DNA from: a virus
Taxonomy: Duplodnaviria > Caudoviricetes
Virus record (IMG/VR): IMGVR_UViG_3300028887_000083
Coordinates: 1-64,000 of that record
Direction: 5' to 3' (one strand)
Length of the DNA: 64,000 bases
This document shows, one piece after another, positions 58,525 through 64,000 of this stretch. Position 1 is the first letter of the stretch. Every line of letters begins with the position of its first letter. A program made the position numbers and the translations under genes. The notes under the pieces were generated by a model that was not told the origin of the DNA, made no database searches, and worked only from the letters and a program-made list of their open reading frames with translations.

Positions 58525-59294
58525 AAAAATAAAATTTAACAACAAAGAAAGACGTGAAACTTCCGCTTTTTATAAATCATGATTTAGGAAACCCACTCTA
58601 TTGTGACATCCTTAACGAGGATTTGAACGAGGGGTTAATAAAAACATATCCTCCTGAGGTTGTACTCAGGCATCTCAAAGATTTGTTTAACTTCACCGAT
58701 GAACAGATAATGTTAGTTGATTCAGCAACCAAGAGAGGCGGGGATGCGAGTAAAAGAATAGTCGTAAAAGTTGAAAAAAAGACGAGGAAAAAATAGAGAG
58801 TGTTAAACATGCTGCCAATTTGTGTGGCTATATATTGAATTTGGAGTGGAATACAGACGAAGGTGTCAATATGGTATTTATTCCAAAGTATTCAGGCGAT
58901 GTGACTGATATTGTGAAAAAAAATTGGTTCTTTAATACATATAACACCGATATACAACAAGGAGAATATTCTTAAAAATGGATTGTCTCCCAAAATAAAG
59001 AATACAATGTTCATGCACGACGGCAGGGTATATTTTTTTCCGAACGATAGTCGTCTGAACAGTGAAATATACTTCCAAATGCAGGATTTTGAGAAACATT
59101 TGAAGAATAAGTCCAATAATGGATGGTGGACGGCTTTTATAATTTCAGTAGATAGATTGAAAGATATAACTTTCTTTTACGACACATCTTATCGAAATGG
59201 CATTTATACTTATGATAACATACCACCGTCTGCAATTACAGGGCACGGTGATGTGGATTTGAATAAAGATATACTTGGAGTTAAAGAATATTGA
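58518..59294 (+). pseudogene. Disrupted ART/RNA-2'-phosphotransferase-like gene
   Basis: In-frame TAA at 58530; compensating frameshifts at A7 (58774-58780) and A8 (58916-58923); repaired frame reads ...LNEGLIKTY...HAANLCGY...LIHITP..NKENILKNGLSPK...RVYFF...YTYDNIPP. Confidence 0.65.
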
Positions 59295-59364
59295 AAATAT
59301 AGTACTATAGATATTTGCTTTAGGTTTTCCATTAAACTATATTTATTGTATATACAATGGAAAA

Positions 59365-59751
59365 ATGGCAAAAATACAAAAATATGGCATAAAGTTTCCG
59401 ATTACGATAAAGGGTGACGACAAATCTCTCCTTGATGTCAGTTATTCGGAGGCTGAAAGCATTAATTCAGAATTGATACATGTTCTTTTTACCCCCAAAG
59501 GGCAACGTCTCAGAAACCCGAATTTCGGCACAAATCTGATTCAATTCATTTTCAACCCCAATGATTCACAGAACTATGCTGACATAGTTTCAGAATGTAA
59601 GGAAGCAATAAAGACTTTTATACCGTCCTGCAAATTGAATAATATAGAAATATATGAGTCTGAGGATGGTCTCGGACTTTACGCTAACATATACTATTCA
59701 GTTTGGGAAAACGGGGTGACTTCATCATATAATACAGTTATCAAATTATAA
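59365..59751 (+). CDS. Baseplate wedge protein (gp25-like)
   Basis: YGIKFP...LFTPKGQRLRNPNFGTNLIQFIFNPND. Confidence 0.92.
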   Translation: MAKIQKYGIKFPITIKGDDKSLLDVSYSEAESINSELIHVLFTPKGQRLRNPNFGTNLIQFIFNPNDSQNYADIVSECKEAIKTFIPSCKLNNIEIYESEDGLGLYANIYYSVWENGVTSSYNTVIKL

Positions 59752-59754
59752 GAC

Positions 59755-61749
59755 ATGGCAGAAAACAGGATACAGTACACAACAAGGAACTATCAGGATA
59801 TAAAGAACAGCCTGACCGAGATAACAAGAAGATATTATCCAAGTCTTTTCAATTCCCTCAGCGACGCTTCAATCGGTGAATGGATGATTGACATTAATTC
59901 GGATATATATGATACCCTGATGTACAATATCGACAGGGCTTATCAGGAAACTGCGGTTGAATCTGCAAACAGCAGGGAAAGCCTTATAAATATGGCACGT
60001 ACTCTCGGCGTAAGGATACCTGGACCGAAAAGTGCTATTGTGGAGGTTGAAATCTCCTGTATCTTGCCACTTAATACAAGTGCTGTTGAAGGCAGTCCCA
60101 ATGACCTTGCGATTGCTGATGAAAGTTATGCCCCGTATATCAAGAGGGGAAGTCTGTTTAGTGACGGAAGCAACACGTTTGAACTGATGGAAGATGTGGA
60201 TTTCAAGAAACAGTTTGACATGAACGGTATGTCAAACAGAAAAATGATACCACGCAAAAACGCCAATGGTCAGATAATCGGCTACAAATACAAGAAATTG
60301 GCGATAGCGGCTGCGGGACAGAGCAAAATCTTCAAGAGATTTGTCTCAGGTGGTGACCTTGAACCGTTTATGAAACTAACACTTCAGGACAACAGCATAC
60401 TTGGTGTTGAGAGTATCATATTAAAAGAAGGCAGGTTGCTTGATACTAACCCTGCCATTTCGGAGTTTTATGTTGACAAGGAGAGCTATGAAGACCGTGA
60501 AGGAAGACCAACCATGCGATTTTTCGAGGTTGACAATCTCATCGACCAGTACAGGTTTGGTTACGAAGAACAGTTCTGTGAAAGAAATGACGGCGGTCCT
60601 GACTATTACAACCCTGTATGGGAGGCAATTGACATATTGGAGACCGAGGATGGCAATATACCGTTGCGAATGGCGGTTCGTGGCAAATGGAAACGCTTGA
60701 AAAATAAGTTTATCACTGAATACACCGAGAAGGGTATGCTTAACATTATATTCGGTAGCGGTCTGAGAAACATGTACGGTTGTATTCCTGATAATGCTTC
60801 CGAATACACCAAATACCGTATGTCAAGGATGGCGGCGAACGATTATATGGGTGTATTGCCCGAACCTAACACCACAATGTTCATATTATATAGAGTTGGT
60901 GGCGGCGACATGACAAACATCGGTGCAAACACATTAACAAATATCATTTCTCTTGCCTGCACCATAAACGGTAACTGTAATGACCCTGAAGATAATAGAA
61001 AAAAACAGTCTGTCAGGAGTTCAATAGAGGTAACAAACCCGACTCAGTCCTATGGCGGAAAAGATGCTCCGACCAATGACGAGATAAGGTATATGATGAG
61101 GTTTATCTCAGGCGAACAGAACCGTTGCGTCACACTTAACGACTACTATTCACGTCTGATGCAGTTGCCCGCCAAATACGGCACACCTTTCAGATGTGGT
61201 GTCGTTGAAGAGAACAACAAGGTTATCATTTATACTCTCGGTCTTGACTATAACGGATGGCTGACAAGTCTTCTGTCTGAAACGGTTGCTGAAAACATAA
61301 AGGAATATCTGTCGAATTATAGGATGATAAACGATTATGTGGAGATTCGTTCGGGTAGGATTATCAATCTATCGTTTGAGGCTGACGTATATATTGACAA
61401 AAGTTACGACAAAAGTGAGGTCAGCAAGAGGATAATCGAACTTATCCGTGACTATATGGACATAAGGAAATGGCAGATGGGACAGGATATTTTCATCGGT
61501 GACCTCGAAAAGGAAATTTCCAAACTCGACGGCGTGGTCAACCTTATTGATTTAAGGTGCTATAACAAGGTGGGTGACGGTTATTCTGATACAAAAATAA
61601 CCCAACAGTTGGTTGAGAATACTGATGTTGTTACTGACAATAATGAGATTGATTTGAGGGCAAGCGAAAAAACGCTGTTTGCGGATACAGGAACGATGTT
61701 TGAAATCAAGTACCCTGGGGATGTGGTTATAAATGTACGTGAAAGATAA
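59755..61749 (+). CDS. Baseplate wedge protein (gp6/J-like)
   Basis: YTTRNYQDIK..L, FELMEDVDF, YRVGGG...N, GGKDAPT..EIR, QNRCVTLNDY. Confidence 0.9.
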   Translation: MAENRIQYTTRNYQDIKNSLTEITRRYYPSLFNSLSDASIGEWMIDINSDIYDTLMYNIDRAYQETAVESANSRESLINMARTLGVRIPGPKSAIVEVEISCILPLNTSAVEGSPNDLAIADESYAPYIKRGSLFSDGSNTFELMEDVDFKKQFDMNGMSNRKMIPRKNANGQIIGYKYKKLAIAAAGQSKIFKRFVSGGDLEPFMKLTLQDNSILGVESIILKEGRLLDTNPAISEFYVDKESYEDREGRPTMRFFEVDNLIDQYRFGYEEQFCERNDGGPDYYNPVWEAIDILETEDGNIPLRMAVRGKWKRLKNKFITEYTEKGMLNIIFGSGLRNMYGCIPDNASEYTKYRMSRMAANDYMGVLPEPNTTMFILYRVGGGDMTNIGANTLTNIISLACTINGNCNDPEDNRKKQSVRSSIEVTNPTQSYGGKDAPTNDEIRYMMRFISGEQNRCVTLNDYYSRLMQLPAKYGTPFRCGVVEENNKVIIYTLGLDYNGWLTSLLSETVAENIKEYLSNYRMINDYVEIRSGRIINLSFEADVYIDKSYDKSEVSKRIIELIRDYMDIRKWQMGQDIFIGDLEKEISKLDGVVNLIDLRCYNKVGDGYSDTKITQQLVENTDVVTDNNEIDLRASEKTLFADTGTMFEIKYPGDVVINVRER

Positions 61750-61813
61750 ATAATCAAGGGGCTTGCAAAAACCCCTTTTTTTTTGTATATTTAAGTTATA
61801 AAAAGAATACACA

Positions 61814-62059
61814 ATGGGATGTAAATGTAAAGAGAAGGCTGTTGCCGCAGAGAAGTATTCCGATGATAAACATGTACTTGAGAAAATAGAGGGGTTAAAG
61901 AGAATCCCAATGGTTATAGGCCGTATAGTCATTGGAATTTTAGTCAGTGGAATACTTATAGTTAGTCTGCCTTTCTTGGTTTTGTTTGTTGTTTTCAACA
62001 CAGCCATGGGCAGAACCACACAGATAAACTTAAAGAGATTTTTTAACAAGAAGAAATGA
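61814..62059 (+). CDS. Small membrane protein
   Basis: MGCKCK start and one long hydrophobic segment. Confidence 0.65.
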   Translation: MGCKCKEKAVAAEKYSDDKHVLEKIEGLKRIPMVIGRIVIGILVSGILIVSLPFLVLFVVFNTAMGRTTQINLKRFFNKKK

Positions 62060-64000
62060 AAAACGAAAACAATTCATACAGGGTAAGAACGGGTGTCGGC
62101 ATCGACGCACCGAGCCATATTGACGTAAAACTTGACCAGACTTTTGAATTTCTCAATATTCTATCGCTTAAAATAGGTCAGAAGAATTTATATAAGATGC
62201 CCGCGTCCAATTACGGTATCATATGTGGTCGTGTGCTTGCCAATAAGACATTCGGTATTCCCAATGCAAGGGTTTCGGTTTTCATTCCCTCGGAAAACAG
62301 TGTATTTGATGTCAAGGACAATATATTGTACAACTATTCCACAGTCAACAGTTCAAACATGGACGGTATAAGGTACAACCTGCTGCCTTCATCATCCAAC
62401 AACGACTGCCATCAGACCGTCGGTTCAATGTATGAGAAGGAGTTTGTGCTTGACAACAATGACGTAATCAAGATATTCGACAAATATTACACATACACAA
62501 CAAGGACGAACAATGCGGGTGACTATATGATTTACGGTATTCCCGTTGGTCGCCAAATGCTGCACGTTGATGTCGACCTTTCCGACATAGGCGAACTCTC
62601 AATACGTCCCTATGATATGATATATAAGGGATACAATGTGAATCAGTTTGAAAGTCCCAACAAGTTCAGGAGGGATAAGAACCTCAACCGCCTTCCTCAG
62701 ATTTTCACCCAAGACAAGGGTGTGTATGTCTATCCGTTTTGGGGCGACACGTCTGACGACGACACAAACGCCTCAATAACAAGATGTGACATTGAGATTG
62801 ACTATAAGTTCGAACCTACCTGTGTATTCATGGGTAGCATTATAAGTGACACGGGCAGCGCAAGCATATCACACAAGTGTGTCCCCGACGATAAGGTTGG
62901 CAAGATGTCTGAACTTATCACAGGTGAGGGCAGGATTGAGATGATAAGGAAAACCTTCGACGGAAAGGTTGAGGAATTTTCCGTTATGGGAAACAGACTT
63001 ATAGACGGCAACGGTGTTTGGTGCTATCAGATACCGATGAACCTTGACTATGTTAGAACTGACGAGTTTGGTAATATAGTACCTACCGACAACCCCGACA
63101 CGGGTATTCCGACGAGGGCAAGGGTGCGTTTCAGAATTTCAATGGATGAACCTGGTACTGATGACACTGCAAGGAAACGTGCAAGGTTCCTTGTACCGAA
63201 CAATCCGAGAATAGATGGGAAGGACAATGGGATATACCCCGAGTTCAATAAATCGGAAAAGCATGAACCTGACTATGAGTTTGGCAGTAGGACCAAGGAG
63301 GAGAGTTACAGGGATTTGTTTTGGAATAATGTATATACTGTAAAGAGTTACATACCGAGACTGCAGAAAAAGAGAAGCCCCGCAAGCAGAAAGTTTACAG
63401 GTTTTAAGATGATTAATCACTTTGGTGACAACAATCCGTTACCGTATAACAACCTTCACATTAGAATGGGGTTTGTTTACAGGTTTCTTTGCAGCCTTCT
63501 GACAATGTTCATTGTGCTTGTTGCATCGTTGAATACGGTTATTGCAACCATTGGCTACATTTTATTGGGATTGGCATATTCGTTAGATGTGTTGGGGTAT
63601 ATATTTGGAGTGGTTTTGTCACCGCTTATATGGCTCATCCGTGTTTTTAAGGGGGAAGAAGTAGATGACGTTAGCGATTTAAATATTTTTAGTAAACTAA
63701 CATGCCCAATATACGGTGCAATACCAAAGATGTTCATTCAGATAAGTAATTTATGTGAAGAAGATACGATGGTTTTTGTACCGGGTGCAGGTGCATGGCT
63801 TAGGGGTTGTATAACGGCTGCATGTAAAATGAGAAAGGCTAATCATTGTGTTAATAATCAACAAGTGACAATTAGCAGCCGTGATAGTGAAGATTTAATA
63901 CCCCAAGAAATATCAATCAATGAAGATGGTGATGTTGATAAGAATGAAAAAGAAAAGGCGGACCTTTGTGAACTTGGAGAAAGTCAATGGACTACCGAAA
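62056..64000 (+). CDS. Large structural/tail protein, runs off the window
   Basis: Not in the ORF track (no stop). ATG 62056; YGIICGRVLAN..FGIPNARVSVFIP, TRTNNAGDYMIYGIPVG (carboxypeptidase-regulatory-like); hydrophobic stretch about 63470-63650. Confidence 0.8.
   Translation, partial: MKNENNSYRVRTGVGIDAPSHIDVKLDQTFEFLNILSLKIGQKNLYKMPASNYGIICGRVLANKTFGIPNARVSVFIPSENSVFDVKDNILYNYSTVNSSNMDGIRYNLLPSSSNNDCHQTVGSMYEKEFVLDNNDVIKIFDKYYTYTTRTNNAGDYMIYGIPVGRQMLHVDVDLSDIGELSIRPYDMIYKGYNVNQFESPNKFRRDKNLNRLPQIFTQDKGVYVYPFWGDTSDDDTNASITRCDIEIDYKFEPTCVFMGSIISDTGSASISHKCVPDDKVGKMSELITGEGRIEMIRKTFDGKVEEFSVMGNRLIDGNGVWCYQIPMNLDYVRTDEFGNIVPTDNPDTGIPTRARVRFRISMDEPGTDDTARKRARFLVPNNPRIDGKDNGIYPEFNKSEKHEPDYEFGSRTKEESYRDLFWNNVYTVKSYIPRLQKKRSPASRKFTGFKMINHFGDNNPLPYNNLHIRMGFVYRFLCSLLTMFIVLVASLNTVIATIGYILLGLAYSLDVLGYIFGVVLSPLIWLIRVFKGEEVDDVSDLNIFSKLTCPIYGAIPKMFIQISNLCEEDTMVFVPGAGAWLRGCITAACKMRKANHCVNNQQVTISSRDSEDLIPQEISINEDGDVDKNEKEKADLCELGESQWTTE

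Noticed and set aside
1-64000. Stop-codon reassignment (TAG to Gln), as in some gut phages
   Set aside because: Very long genes are intact in code 11, and reading through TAG at 58794 hits TGA soon after
1-64000. tRNA or rRNA genes
   Set aside because: No cloverleaf or rRNA-like segment recognised; intergenic spaces are short and AT-rich

Overview
64 kb of a large, probably lytic, T4-like myovirus (jumbo-phage style) genome in standard code 11. The host is most likely Bacteroidota (canonical TTTG-N20-TAnnTTTG promoter, Hc1-like protein). Contents: glycosyltransferases, an SNF2 helicase, neck/tail/baseplate genes (sheath, tube, tape measure, gp25/gp6/gp53-like, a hub with M15 peptidase, tail lysozyme) and a replication block (gp32-like SSB, Tdk, RecA/UvsX, 5'-3' exonuclease, DnaB, class II RNR). 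Most notable: (1) a four-ORF IS607-family element (TnpA + TnpB) sitting at GG dinucleotides between the N- and C-terminal remnants of a Hef/DUF723-type homing endonuclease, so its predicted TnpB guide is endonuclease sequence with a partly matching paralogous site at 36 kb; (2) dispersed ADP-ribosyltransferase-like, ArdC-like and metallopeptidase genes, some carrying a shared N-terminal 'I.L.E..L..I(I/V)K' leader, consistent with virion-packaged effectors; (3) a palindrome- and CTAG-rich origin-like spacer. All family calls come from motifs read by eye; no database searches were run.
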